Shown here piece by piece: positions 31,752 through 32,000 of a DNA stretch of 32,000 nt. The first letter of the stretch is position 1. Each line of letters begins with the position of its first letter. Position numbers and translations under genes: made by a program. The stretch lies in sequence record PQ492658.1. One strand, written 5' to 3'. This stretch comes from Limnohabitans phage DC31. Under the pieces are notes generated by a model. The model was not told the origin of the DNA. It did no database searches and saw only the letters and a list, made by a program, of their open reading frames with translations.

Positions 31752-32000
31752 TTATTTCTTAGATGATCTCTTACGTTCTGCTTCTGCTTCTTTTGCATAG
31801 GCAGCAAGTGCTTCATTGTCAAATAGCTTTATTAGATTAATTTCCCAATCTTCTGGTTGTAAATCAATCAAATCAAAATATGACTTTATCTCTGTATAAG
31901 ATATAGGATTGATACCAAAACCATTGGAACCTCTTGCGCTATGAAGATCAATGAACCATTTCCAAACAGATATACAACTTTCAGGTAACTCTACAACGTC
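31752..32000 (-). CDS. tail assembly chaperone (DUF1799-like), 3' part only; the 5' end lies outside the window
   Basis: Hand translation of the open frame running off the window edge: ..LPESCISVWKWFIDLHSARGSNGFGINPISYTEIKSYFDLIDLQPEDWEINLIKLFDNEALAAYAKEAEAERKRSSKK*. Located immediately upstream of the TMP. Confidence 0.5.
   Translation of the reverse strand, partial: DVVELPESCISVWKWFIDLHSARGSNGFGINPISYTEIKSYFDLIDLQPEDWEINLIKLFDNEALAAYAKEAEAERKRSSKK

Noticed and set aside
1-32000. CRISPR arrays, rRNA genes, IS elements or transposases
   Set aside because: No regularly spaced direct repeats, rRNA-like sequence, or transposase or integrase ORFs were seen. The only tandem-like repetition is the protein-level Asp-box repeat in 22996..24786.

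Overview
This window is a contiguous piece of an AT-rich, virulent-looking tailed dsDNA phage genome, with no host genes. The + strand (1 to ~20.5 kb) starts with a block of tightly packed, translationally coupled small early ORFs. It continues with a replication, repair and nucleotide-metabolism module: ATP-dependent DNA ligase, RNA ligase, T7 gp4-like primase-helicase, a DNA polymerase with family-B-type motifs, HNH endonuclease, a small tRNA region, gp2.5-like SSB, GapR-like and SLOG/DUF2493 proteins, FEN-type 5'-3' exonuclease, endonuclease VII, an HTH-DEDD exonuclease, two NTP pyrophosphohydrolases, class I RNR beta and alpha, and thioredoxin. A bidirectional terminator at ~20.5 kb separates this from the convergent - strand module (20.5-32 kb). 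That module holds a lysis cassette (three small membrane proteins, embedded Rz/Rz1-type spanins, M15 endolysin), a tail-fiber assembly protein, an Asp-box beta-propeller fiber protein, two further tail or fiber proteins, a 1584-aa tape measure protein and the 3' end of a tail assembly chaperone. Five sigma70-like promoters, most with an extended -10, and several intrinsic terminators are readable by eye. The most unusual signals are listed here. (1) Two tRNA-like genes have perfect acceptor stems, T arms and encoded CCA but non-canonical cores; they flank an NTase-fold ORF and sit beside one canonical tRNA(CAU). (2) A ~310-nt ORF-free stretch contains an 18-bp perfect inverted repeat. (3) Strong promoters are followed within a few to ~20 nt by hairpin plus U-tract, including one directly upstream of the lysis cassette. 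(4) A holin-like 2-TM protein carries a canonical EF-hand loop. (5) A tail protein is built almost entirely of Asp-box (BNR) propeller blades. All functional calls come from motif recognition by eye; no database search was run.
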